Source: an uncultured Gammaproteobacteria bacterium (GTDB lineage Bacteria > Patescibacteriota > Microgenomatia > UBA12405). From it: DNA of 64,000 nt. The stretch spans positions 14,803-78,802 of the forward strand of contig CAYPBP010000003.1 of assembly GCA_964408995.1 (NCBI GenBank), written 5' to 3'. Shown here piece by piece: positions 42,263-51,120 of this stretch. Within the stretch, counting starts at the first letter, position 1. The number at the start of each line of letters is the position of its first letter. A model generated the notes under the pieces. That model saw only the letters and a list, made by a program, of their open reading frames with translations, was not told where the DNA came from and ran no database searches. A program made the position numbers and the translations under genes.

Positions 42263-42805
42263 ATGAAAAGAATTTTAACAATAATTGATGGGAGTAATTT
42301 TTATCATGGGAGTAAACGTCTTTGTCCAGAAGTTCATTTAACGAACTTTAAATATCGAGAATTGATTGAGGGAATGATTGGCCAAAAAAATATAACAATA
42401 TTATATTGCGTTGGAGAAATTAAAAGAGAAAATAATGATAAAAAATCTGAGTGGATGTATGCTCAGCAACAGTCTTTGTTTTACAATTTGGAGAAACAGA
42501 ATATCAGAATCTTTAAAGGTTTTATGTTAAAGAGTGATGGTAAATTTCACGAGAAAGGTGTTGATGTTCGAATTGCTGTGGAAGTTTTGAAGGGAGCATT
42601 AAAAGATGAATATGACAAATGTCTTTTATTTACTTCAGATACTGATATTATTCCAGCAATTATAGAAGCTATAAAAGTTAAAAAAGAAATAATTTATGCT
42701 GGATTTGAGAATAAACTGAGTAGAGCTATGATTAGAAATTGTTCGGATACATTGATAATAAAATCAAAATTAATTAGAAAAGTGAATAGATTTGATAAAA
42801 AATAA
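42263..42805 (+). CDS. NYN-domain (LabA-like) protein
   Basis: ILTIIDGSNFYHGS N-terminal NYN/PIN-like signature. Confidence 0.55.
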   Translation: MKRILTIIDGSNFYHGSKRLCPEVHLTNFKYRELIEGMIGQKNITILYCVGEIKRENNDKKSEWMYAQQQSLFYNLEKQNIRIFKGFMLKSDGKFHEKGVDVRIAVEVLKGALKDEYDKCLLFTSDTDIIPAIIEAIKVKKEIIYAGFENKLSRAMIRNCSDTLIIKSKLIRKVNRFDKK

Positions 42806-42808
42806 ATT

Positions 42809-43621
42809 ATGGATTTTTTTGTTTTATTTATTATTTTTGTTTTAGGGTTGTGTTTTGGAAGTTTTGTAAATATGCTTGTCTATCGAACTGCTGTGCGGTA
42901 CGAAATTTTTAATTCGAAATTTGAAATTTTAAAAAATAAAGAAAAAAGATCGTTTTGTGATTATTGTGGTAAGCAATTAAATTGGTATGAAAATATTCCA
43001 GTCTTTTCTTGGTTGATACAAAAAGGTAAAACTAGTTGCTGTCATAAAAAATTGCCAGTCTCCTACCCTGTTGTGGAATTATTAACTGGTTTTTTATTTT
43101 TAGTTTATGGAATAATAATGGCGCCCCGCGGAGGCGGGGCGCCATTACAAATGGGATTAGGTTTAATCATTATTATTTTGTTGGTATTTAGTGCAGTGTT
43201 CGATTGGAAATATATGATTTTGCCTGATTTTTCAACAGGAATATTAGTCTCTAGTGCGCTGGTACTTTGGTTCTCTAGATATTTTGGTGAATGGAATTAT
43301 TTATTGTCGGCATTAGTGGCCAGTGGATTTTTGTTAATTTTAAATTTGATTACCAAAGGTGAAGGAATGGGTATGGGAGATGTAAAGTTGGCTGTTTTTA
43401 TGGGGTTATTTTTGGGATATCCTAATATAATAGTGGCTTTTTATGTGGCTTTTATACTTGGAGCAATTGTGGGAATTATTTTAATGATTTTCAAAAAAGC
43501 CAAGAAAAAAAGCCAGATTCCATTTGGTCCTTTTTTGATTTTAGGAACATTGGTGGCATGGATTTTTGGAAATAATATTATTAATTTAGTATTTAAAACC
43601 TACCCCTTTCCCCTCCCTTAA
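42809..43621 (+). CDS. pilD: prepilin peptidase (A24 family) with an in-frame palindromic insertion (43120-43143)
   Basis: N-terminal Cys tetrad (CDYCG...SCCHK), catalytic Asp regions (DFSTGIL, GMGMGDVKLAVFMG); APRGGGAP encoded by ggcgccccgcggaggcggggcgcc. Confidence 0.85.
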   Translation: MDFFVLFIIFVLGLCFGSFVNMLVYRTAVRYEIFNSKFEILKNKEKRSFCDYCGKQLNWYENIPVFSWLIQKGKTSCCHKKLPVSYPVVELLTGFLFLVYGIIMAPRGGGAPLQMGLGLIIIILLVFSAVFDWKYMILPDFSTGILVSSALVLWFSRYFGEWNYLLSALVASGFLLILNLITKGEGMGMGDVKLAVFMGLFLGYPNIIVAFYVAFILGAIVGIILMIFKKAKKKSQIPFGPFLILGTLVAWIFGNNIINLVFKTYPFPLP

Positions 43622-43653
43622 AAAAGGAGGGGTAAAATAAGATAGAATTAATT

Positions 43654-44103
43654 ATGAAAAAGTCTGGTTTTACATTAGTTGAGATTTTGATAGTCATTAC
43701 TATAATTGCTATTTTTGGAGTGATGGCAATTGGGATTTTTAATGCTAGTGGAATACAAAATAAGGCTAGAGACGCTCAAAGGAAGAAAGATTTAAATAGA
43801 ATTAAAGTGGCTTTTGAAGAATACTTTAATGACAATGGAAGTTATCCTGATGGAATTACTGGTTGGAATATAAGGTCGAATTGCGGAAAAAGTATTTCGA
43901 GTTTTTCATATTTAAATCCTTGGCCTTGTGACCCAACTGGTCAACCTTATAAAATAATTGTTGAAATTAAACCTAACAGATTTATGGTTGGAGCTATGTT
44001 GGAATATAAAAAGGATAAAGATATTATTAATGGTACTGGACTTGGTGTTAATTATGGAGTGTCAAGCTCAAATATTTTATGGAATAAATTTAATGTTTAT
44101 TAA
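43654..44103 (+). CDS. type IV pilin-like protein (short leader)
   Basis: MKKSG|FTLVEILIVITIIAIF. Confidence 0.8.
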   Translation: MKKSGFTLVEILIVITIIAIFGVMAIGIFNASGIQNKARDAQRKKDLNRIKVAFEEYFNDNGSYPDGITGWNIRSNCGKSISSFSYLNPWPCDPTGQPYKIIVEIKPNRFMVGAMLEYKKDKDIINGTGLGVNYGVSSSNILWNKFNVY

Positions 44104-44113
44104 TATAAATAAT

Positions 44114-44623
44114 ATGAAAAAAATAAAAAAGATTCAAAATTCAAATCAAAACCCACCCACCCTGCGGGTACCCTCCCTTGAAAAGGGAGGGATAAATTTT
44201 ATTGAAATTTTAATAATAATAGTATCGGTGTTTGTTTTATCTTTTATAACTTACAAACAATTTGCTTTAGCAAAGGCAAAATCTAGAGATTTACAAAGAA
44301 GATCGGATTTACACGAATTTTCTAAAGTAATTAAAATGTACCAAGTCGATTATGGAAAGTTGCCTAGTGATGAATTGATCAATAGTCTTTGGGGAACAAA
44401 GTTTGTTGATATAGATTATGTTTATGCAGCTTCAGTACCAAAAGAAAAATATGGAAATAAAGAATATTGTTATCAAGCTTCAGCTGATGGATCTTATTTT
44501 AAGATGATGGCTGAGTTTGAAAATAAAAAAGATGAAGATTGTAAAAAAGAGGGACAGTTGTGCGGTGGGATTAAATATTGTTATACTGATATTGTCTATA
44601 TTAATCCTGAACAAGAGAATTAG
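44114..44623 (+). CDS. type IV pilin-like protein with extended leader containing a hairpin repeat
   Basis: MKKIKKIQNSNQNPPTLRVPSLEKGG|INFIEILIIIV; the leader is encoded by acccacccaccctgcgggtaccctcccttgaaaagggaggg; the track ORF 43958 start is spurious upstream extension. Confidence 0.7.
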   Translation: MKKIKKIQNSNQNPPTLRVPSLEKGGINFIEILIIIVSVFVLSFITYKQFALAKAKSRDLQRRSDLHEFSKVIKMYQVDYGKLPSDELINSLWGTKFVDIDYVYAASVPKEKYGNKEYCYQASADGSYFKMMAEFENKKDEDCKKEGQLCGGIKYCYTDIVYINPEQEN

Positions 44624-44661
44624 TTAGATAAATAGATAAGTAGTTTATTAGATAATTAGAA

Positions 44662-45108
44662 ATGATTAATAAAATTAAAAAAATCCTTCGACAAGCTCAG
44701 GACAGGGGTTTTACCTTGGTGGAGTTATTAGTGGTGATTTCTATTATTGCTGTTTTGGCGGCAGTATTAATGGCTAATTTTATGGGAGCTAGAGAGAGAG
44801 CTAGAGATGCTAAAAAAATTCAAGATTTATATGCTTTAAAAAGTGCTTTGAGAATGTATTATAACGACAATCAAAGATATCCTGGAGTATCTGATGATAC
44901 AAATTTTAATTTAACTGCTGATATTGGTTCTAGTTATATGACATCTATTGTTGGTATTGGTTATACGTATCAAAGAAAAAATAATGGAGATGGATTTCTT
45001 TTAAGAGTTGGTCTTGAATCTGGAGCTGGAAATGAAGATATTGAATCACAAGAAAAATGTGGTGTTACTTCTCCTGTTAATAAGATTTTTGCAGTATGCG
45101 CAAACTAA
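44662..45108 (+). CDS. type IV pilin-like protein
   Basis: MINKIKKILRQAQDRG|FTLVELLVVISIIAVL. Confidence 0.85.
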   Translation: MINKIKKILRQAQDRGFTLVELLVVISIIAVLAAVLMANFMGARERARDAKKIQDLYALKSALRMYYNDNQRYPGVSDDTNFNLTADIGSSYMTSIVGIGYTYQRKNNGDGFLLRVGLESGAGNEDIESQEKCGVTSPVNKIFAVCAN

Positions 45109-45154
45109 ATTAGATCGTCGATGATAGATCGTAGATCGTAGATAAAAAATAAAA

Positions 45155-45646
45155 ATGATTAAAAAAATTAAAAAAATCCTTCGACAAGCTCAGGACAGGG
45201 CTGGTTTTACGTTGGTGGAGTTACTAGTAGTGATTGCTATAATTTCGATTTTGACGGTTGTTTCATTGTCTTCTTATACTAGTGCTCAAATAAAAGCTAG
45301 AGATTCTCAAAGAAAATCGGATTTAGAAGCGGTGTCTAAGGCATTGATGATGTATTACAACGATGAGGGTAAATTTCCTGATTCTTTTACTTTTGGGGAT
45401 GAAAGTGTGGGTTTTACTGGTGCTGATGGTATTGTTTATATGAGGAAAACACCTATAGACCCAAAAGATAGTCCTCCTTATGTTTATATTTACAAACGTT
45501 CTCTTGATGAGAAATCGTTTAATCTTTTTGCTGATTTGGAAAATAAAAAAGATTTGCAATGTAAAACAACTCCTCTATGGAATGTAAATGGAAAAACTTA
45601 TTGTTACGGAATCTCAAGCCCAAACGCAACTGTCAAAAACTGGTGA
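45155..45646 (+). CDS. type IV pilin-like protein
   Basis: MIKKIKKILRQAQDRAG|FTLVELLVVIAIISIL. Confidence 0.85.
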   Translation: MIKKIKKILRQAQDRAGFTLVELLVVIAIISILTVVSLSSYTSAQIKARDSQRKSDLEAVSKALMMYYNDEGKFPDSFTFGDESVGFTGADGIVYMRKTPIDPKDSPPYVYIYKRSLDEKSFNLFADLENKKDLQCKTTPLWNVNGKTYCYGISSPNATVKNW

Positions 45647-45704
45647 TAAAATTTTAGTTTTTACAGATTAGATTTTTTATTTTTAAAATAATGTAGAATT
45701 AATT

Positions 45705-46142
45705 ATGAAAAAAAATAAAAATGTTTCGGGTTTTACTCTTTTTGAGCTTTTGGTGAGTATTTCTATTATTGGAATATTGACAGCCTTGGCGTCGGTGGCT
45801 TTTTCGGGAGCACAAAAAAAAGCTAGAGATGCTAGAAGAATGCAGGATGTAAGAGCAATTCAAACAGCGGCGGAACAGTTTTATTCACAAAGCCCTACAT
45901 ATTCTTATCCAACTGTTGGTTATACAGTTGGAACTGTTTGGGTTTCTGGAACTGGCACTACTGTTTTAGCAAGTTATCCAATTGATCCTAAAGGTGTTGA
46001 ATATAGTTGTAGTTCATGTACTTTAAGTAGTTATTGTGTTTGTACTGATACTGAAGATGATAGTAAAAATGCTAATTCTGGTAATAATTGTGATTTTTCA
46101 GCAGTAACAAAAACTCATTTTTGTGTTAAAAATCAACAATAA
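45705..46142 (+). CDS. type IV pilin-like protein
   Basis: MKKNKNVSG|FTLFELLVSISIIGIL. Confidence 0.8.
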   Translation: MKKNKNVSGFTLFELLVSISIIGILTALASVAFSGAQKKARDARRMQDVRAIQTAAEQFYSQSPTYSYPTVGYTVGTVWVSGTGTTVLASYPIDPKGVEYSCSSCTLSSYCVCTDTEDDSKNANSGNNCDFSAVTKTHFCVKNQQ

Positions 46143-46192
46143 TTTAAAACCTCTCTAAATCTCCCCTTAAAAAAGGGAGACTTTAAAAAAAT

Positions 46193-46687
46193 ATGAATAA
46201 TATAAATAAAATAAAACCACCCACAGCTAAAGCCCGCCTGCATCGACTGGATCGAAGACATTGCGGGCAGGCAGTTATGGCGGTCAGAGGATTTACATTA
46301 ATTGAGTTGATTGTGGCGGTGACAATTATTAGTATTTTAACTGTGGTGGGATTGGTTAGTTTTACTGGAACAAACAAAAAAGCTAGAGATAGTCGAAGAA
46401 TGGCTGATTTGGAGAATATTAGAATGGCATTGGAACTTTATCGACAAGGGACTGGAAATACATATCCAACTGCTAGTGCTTTGCCTAGTAGTTTGGTATC
46501 AACTTATATTGAAAAAATACCTGTAGGACCTAAAAATGAAAGTTATTCATATACTAAGATAACTGGTTATACCTATCGTATTTGTGCTCGCGTTGAGGAT
46601 GTGGGTTCTACTAGTGCTGATGTTAGTGGTTGTACAGTGGCATTACCTACTGGTTATGTTGGTTATTATAAGGTGACAAATCCATGA
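46193..46687 (+). CDS. type IV pilin-like protein with long hairpin-encoded leader (alternative start at Met 46250)
   Basis: MNNINKIKPPTAKARLHRLDRRHCGQAVMAVRG|FTLIELIVAVTIISIL. Confidence 0.7.
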   Translation: MNNINKIKPPTAKARLHRLDRRHCGQAVMAVRGFTLIELIVAVTIISILTVVGLVSFTGTNKKARDSRRMADLENIRMALELYRQGTGNTYPTASALPSSLVSTYIEKIPVGPKNESYSYTKITGYTYRICARVEDVGSTSADVSGCTVALPTGYVGYYKVTNP

Positions 46688-47193
46688 AAAATCAAAACCC
46701 TTTGGTACTTCGTACCACCTTTCCCTTGACAGGGCACTTTAATTCTAATTTTGGTTTTACTTTAATTGAATTGTTGGTGGCGATAACTATTGGATCGATT
46801 TTGATTGGTTTGGCTTCAGTATCTCTAAATGGATTTAATGAACAACAAAAAGTGAAAGCAGTCAAACAAGAAGTACTGTCTAATTTAAGATTGGCTAGAA
46901 ACTATGCCATTACTGGTCAGCTTCCAAACACGGCCAATAAGGTGGTAGTAACAATAAATAGTGAAGGTTTAATGGTGATAGGTTTTCAAAATGCTTCTAA
47001 TAATTCTGTTGGAACTCCTAAGTTTTCTAAAGATATTACTCCTAAGGGAGTTGGTGTTACTTTTAGTAATCAAGTTAAGTTTAGTGTGACTGATGGTCGA
47101 TCGATTCTTGGTAATATTTTAATTACTATTGCTGGAGGTGACTCGACAGAAGAAACAATTAATATTGAAGGATCAGGATTAATTTATGAATAA
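46684..47193 (+). CDS. pseudopilin (minor pilin) with hairpin-encoded leader
   Basis: MKNQNPLVLRTTFPLTGHFNSNFG|FTLIELLVAITIGS; ATGA overlap with the previous gene. Confidence 0.75.
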   Translation: MKNQNPLVLRTTFPLTGHFNSNFGFTLIELLVAITIGSILIGLASVSLNGFNEQQKVKAVKQEVLSNLRLARNYAITGQLPNTANKVVVTINSEGLMVIGFQNASNNSVGTPKFSKDITPKGVGVTFSNQVKFSVTDGRSILGNILITIAGGDSTEETINIEGSGLIYE

Positions 47194-47614
47194 TAGAAAA
47201 ACCCCTCTAAATCTCCCCTTGACAAGGGAGACTTTAAATCAAAATAGGAAATTAAATGGTCAAAGTTTGATTGATGTAATTTTTTCAATAGGAATATTGG
47301 TTTTGGTTTTGACTGGAGTTTTGGTTTTGATTGTTAGTACTGCTAAACTTAAAACAATAGATTCAAAAAGAAGTAAAGCAGTTGAAATGTCTCAAAGATT
47401 GATTGAACAAGAAATTAAAAAAGCAAAAGATAACCCTTCTCTTTTTTGGACATTTCCAAAACTTCCTTACTCTGCTTCAACTGGTGGTTATAATTATGTT
47501 ATTAATTATGATTGTAATAGTGATAAAAGTAAGTGTAATGGTGTTTTTACTATATCTTGGGGTGATGGTGAATCGTTATCAGTTGAAAGACTTTTTTTGA
47601 AAACTGGAATATAA
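47186..47614 (+). CDS. pseudopilin-like protein with hairpin-encoded leader
   Basis: MNNRKTPLNLPLTRETLNQNRKLNG|QSLIDVIFSIGILVLVL (Asp at +5). Confidence 0.6.
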   Translation: MNNRKTPLNLPLTRETLNQNRKLNGQSLIDVIFSIGILVLVLTGVLVLIVSTAKLKTIDSKRSKAVEMSQRLIEQEIKKAKDNPSLFWTFPKLPYSASTGGYNYVINYDCNSDKSKCNGVFTISWGDGESLSVERLFLKTGI

Positions 47615-47665
47615 ATTAGATTATTAGATAAATAGATAAATAGATAAATAGATAAATAGATAAAT

Positions 47666-48238
47666 ATGAAAAAAAATAAAAAAAATTCAATCTCCCTAAA
47701 TCCCTCTTTCACAAGAGGGACTTGTAAACAGAAAGGTTTTACTTTGATTGAGATTTTGGTGGTGGTGGCGGTGGTAGGATTTATTGTGCTATCGATAAGT
47801 AGATTAATGTCTGGGGTTTTTAGTTCTCAAAATAAAAATAAAGCAATAGATAAAATTGATCAAAGTGGAAGTTGGGTTTTAAATGAACTAAAAAAGAATA
47901 TTTTAAATGCCAATAGTGATGGAGGAAATTTTATTTGTCCATCAAGTGGGATTGGAACGTCAATTTCAATAATTAGTAATAAAGATTTACAAGAAACTAT
48001 ACTTTCTTGTAGTGGTAATAAAATTTCTTCTTATTCGGCTACAAGAAAGGAGACCATAGTTCTTTTTGAAAAAAATAATGATTTAGAGTTGGTCAATTGT
48101 AGTGGTTTTATAAGATGCGAAGTCCCCTATTCTAAATTATCGAGTGTTAGATTTACTTTTACCCTAAAGGCGGGAGTTAGTACTTTATCAAGTGGAACAA
48201 CCAGACCTTTTTTAATGGATGTAGTATTGAGGGATTGA
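47666..48238 (+). CDS. pseudopilin-like protein with hairpin-encoded leader
   Basis: MKKNKKNSISLNPSFTRGTCKQKG|FTLIEILVVVAVVGFIV. Confidence 0.75.
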   Translation: MKKNKKNSISLNPSFTRGTCKQKGFTLIEILVVVAVVGFIVLSISRLMSGVFSSQNKNKAIDKIDQSGSWVLNELKKNILNANSDGGNFICPSSGIGTSISIISNKDLQETILSCSGNKISSYSATRKETIVLFEKNNDLELVNCSGFIRCEVPYSKLSSVRFTFTLKAGVSTLSSGTTRPFLMDVVLRD

Positions 48239-48240
48239 GA

Positions 48241-48505
48241 AATCCAATCTTCCCCTTTTTGATTCAATCTCCTCTTGTCCCGACAAGTCGGGACTTTCCC
48301 CTCTTTAACACGAGGGGAGATATAATTTAACTTTTCAATCTTCCCCTTTTTGATTCAATCTCCTCTTGTTGGCAAAGCCAATTTTCCCCTCTTTAACACG
48401 AGGGGAGATATAAATTATATTTTCAATCTTCCCCCTTTTTGATTCAATCTCCTCTTGTTGGCAAAGCCAACTTTCCCCTCTTTAACACGAGGGGAGATAT
48501 AATTT
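48241..48505. repeat. three tandem copies of an ~88-bp compound-hairpin unit (fourth partial copy at 56846-56908)
   Basis: Unit = tcaatcttcccctttttgattcaatctcctcttg + (gtcccgacaagtcgggac | ttggcaaagccaa) + ttttcccctctttaacacgaggggagatataa, contiguous with no spacers. Confidence 0.85.
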
Positions 48506-48509
48506 TTTA

Positions 48510-48905
48510 ATGAAAAAAATAATTGATTTTGAAGTGATAAACTCTAAAAGAAATTGTGTTCGATATCAAAATAGTTTGACTTTTATGTCTCAGAGAAATA
48601 GAAAAAATATGACTGAGGCAGAAAAAATAATTTGGGGTAAACTTTTATTAAGAGATAAAACTGGTTACCGATTTTTAAGACAAAAACCAATAGATAGATT
48701 TATTTTTGACTTTTATTGTCCAAAATTATTATTAGTAATTGAAATTGATGGCGGTTCACATATTAAAAAGAAAGGGACTGATGAATTGAGAGATAAGTTT
48801 TTGAAACAAATTGGAATTACTACAATCAGATTTACTAATGATGAAGTGATAAATAATATTGAAATTGTAAAAAAGAAAATTAATGAATTAACTCCCCTCT
48901 TGTGA
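48510..48905 (+). CDS. DUF559 endonuclease-domain protein (Vsr/restriction-endonuclease-like fold)
   Basis: IIWGKLLLRDKTGYRFLRQKPI...FIFDFYCPKLLLVIEIDGGSH matches the DUF559 family. Confidence 0.75.
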   Translation: MKKIIDFEVINSKRNCVRYQNSLTFMSQRNRKNMTEAEKIIWGKLLLRDKTGYRFLRQKPIDRFIFDFYCPKLLLVIEIDGGSHIKKKGTDELRDKFLKQIGITTIRFTNDEVINNIEIVKKKINELTPLL

Positions 48906-49001
48906 AAGAGGGGTTAGGGGGAGATTGGAATGATGGTTGTTGTTTTTTTTGATTTAAGATATATAATCCTCTTTAGATTATAGGTTATTTAAAAAATTAA
49001 A

Positions 49002-49907
49002 ATGAGTGCTAAAGAAAGAATTATTGCTGGAGTTATGACAGGTGCAATGGCTTTTACCATGGCTAGTTGCCAGATTGAAGGACAAGAACCAACAAATGTT
49101 AATACTACTTCTATTTCAACAGAAACTACTACAAATCCTGATTTAAAGGATGTGGCGCCAGAGAGATTGGAATTTACTAAGGATTTTTTAAATCTTTATG
49201 ATGAAAGTTCTAAAAGTGGTCATCCTGGTTTTGATAAAATTAAAGATTTTATTAGCCGAGACCAAATTATTAAATATGGCGAAACCGGAGAAACAGGTCA
49301 AAATTTATCGATAATTAAACATAATGATGGAAGTCCTGCTATAGCTTTGGTTAATTGTAGCGATAATGTGACCAATGTTTTTAAAGATATGGTTAATAAT
49401 ATGAGTGAATATGATGAAGATTTTCTTAAAATAATAACTGACAATGGTATGGTGGCTTTTATGGTTAATAGATTCCTTGATGAGGGTAATACTTTTTTCT
49501 TTAATAAGAGTGGATTAGTGGTTTCGAACTTAAAAGACCAAAATACTAAATATTTAGCTTTAGAAAGACCAGTATTGACTGAAAGTTTTGGAATTAAAAT
49601 GCATCAGATAGGTGGTGATTATAAAAAATATGCTGGTTTTATTAAAGAGCAACTATCAAGTGATTGTTGGTGGAATTTATATAAAAAAAATGGACAAAAA
49701 TTTTGTCAAGTGAATTCAGCTACTAGTTATATGGTGGCTAAAGATTTTTATGGTAAATGGTATGCTCCAGAATCTTTAAAGGATGAAAAAATACAAAATT
49801 TAATTAATGAAGCTAGAAAATTGGTTTCGCTTTTTGGGGGTAATGAAGGAGAAATTTTGAAAAATGTTGAAGATAGACCTGACTTCACTGGTGAAGAAAA
49901 TTTTTAG
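49002..49907 (+). CDS. putative lipoprotein, hypothetical
   Basis: Signal peptide ending in lipobox-like TMASC. Confidence 0.45.
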   Translation: MSAKERIIAGVMTGAMAFTMASCQIEGQEPTNVNTTSISTETTTNPDLKDVAPERLEFTKDFLNLYDESSKSGHPGFDKIKDFISRDQIIKYGETGETGQNLSIIKHNDGSPAIALVNCSDNVTNVFKDMVNNMSEYDEDFLKIITDNGMVAFMVNRFLDEGNTFFFNKSGLVVSNLKDQNTKYLALERPVLTESFGIKMHQIGGDYKKYAGFIKEQLSSDCWWNLYKKNGQKFCQVNSATSYMVAKDFYGKWYAPESLKDEKIQNLINEARKLVSLFGGNEGEILKNVEDRPDFTGEENF

Positions 49908-49950
49908 AAAATAGTTGATTTTTTCTGTTGATAGTATATAGTTTTACTAA

Positions 49951-51120
49951 ATGAATGAATCTGGTAAAAAATTTGATTGGGGTTTATGGTTGTCTTTGGT
50001 GGTGATTGTTGGTGGAATAGTTTTTTTAGTTTTCATGGGATTTAAACTTGGTATTTTTAGTAAATTTTTGAACAATTCTACAAAGCAGAATGATGTTACC
50101 ACATTGGAAACAAAATATTGTGCTTATGCCAAAAAAACTTTAGATTGGATGGATAAGAAAAGAACAGCAGATGGAAAATATGCTTTTTCTGTTGGTTGTG
50201 ATAAGGAAAAAAAAGAATGTGCTAGGTTGATTGGAATTGGACCAGTTGGACACAACGACTTGCCAATTTTGTGGTCTAGGTATAAATATTTTCTGAAAAC
50301 AAAAGATCAAAGCCAACTTTTGGTTATTAAAAAAGATATTGATATTTATTTTAAACAATTAGATTTAATGCCAATCAAAAATCTTTTTTGGAATTGTCGA
50401 ATTTTGACTGAAATGAGAGATGAAAAAATATTAGGAGTTGATTATGTTAAAAAATTAGATAGTCTTTGCAAAACTAGTCAGTATCTAGATACTGACAATG
50501 TGGTAACTGGTAATAATGAACAAAAAAAGGTAATTGTAGATTTACCTTATCTTGATGGAGGGGTTTTGTCTAATAAAGATTTAGATAAATTTAAAAAAGA
50601 TAAAAAGATTGATGGTAAATATTTTTTTCATGTGACTTATCCTAGTGACTTTGTGGCTAGATACAAAACTTGGGGTGATAAAATTGATTTGGATTTGGCT
50701 AATGCTTATTTTAATAAATTAATGATTGAATATTATTTAGGTCCTAAATATTTTTTGCCACAAGATAAATGTTTGCTAGCAATTTCTTCACTAGATTTAT
50801 ATTCAGTAAATAAAGATGAAAGATATTTGTTTTGGGCTAAAAGGATCCATCAGTATTTTTTTAAAGATATAATTGAACAAGATGCAAAAATCCCAGAATG
50901 TGCTTTGTTAAATAGAGAATTGAGTAGATATGATAGTAGCAAAGATTATAAAATAATCCAAAACCAACTGTTAGATTTTTTTATTGATAATTATTGGGAT
51001 GGAGATGATGGTAAAAATAAAATAAGTGGTGATAATGGTTTTTTTCAAATTATTAAAAACTTTGTTCCACAAAAATATTTTAAAGAAAATGCTTTAATAG
51101 TTAATCTTTTATGTCCATAA
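49951..51120 (+). CDS. membrane-anchored hypothetical protein
   Basis: Single N-terminal TM; no motif recognised. Confidence 0.35.
   Translation: MNESGKKFDWGLWLSLVVIVGGIVFLVFMGFKLGIFSKFLNNSTKQNDVTTLETKYCAYAKKTLDWMDKKRTADGKYAFSVGCDKEKKECARLIGIGPVGHNDLPILWSRYKYFLKTKDQSQLLVIKKDIDIYFKQLDLMPIKNLFWNCRILTEMRDEKILGVDYVKKLDSLCKTSQYLDTDNVVTGNNEQKKVIVDLPYLDGGVLSNKDLDKFKKDKKIDGKYFFHVTYPSDFVARYKTWGDKIDLDLANAYFNKLMIEYYLGPKYFLPQDKCLLAISSLDLYSVNKDERYLFWAKRIHQYFFKDIIEQDAKIPECALLNRELSRYDSSKDYKIIQNQLLDFFIDNYWDGDDGKNKISGDNGFFQIIKNFVPQKYFKENALIVNLLCP

Noticed and set aside
48241-48505. Possible CRISPR array (regular ~88-bp periodicity, hairpin-containing repeats)
   Set aside because: Units are contiguous with no unique spacers, no cas genes nearby, and the unit is far longer than CRISPR repeats; better explained as a tandem palindromic-repeat array.
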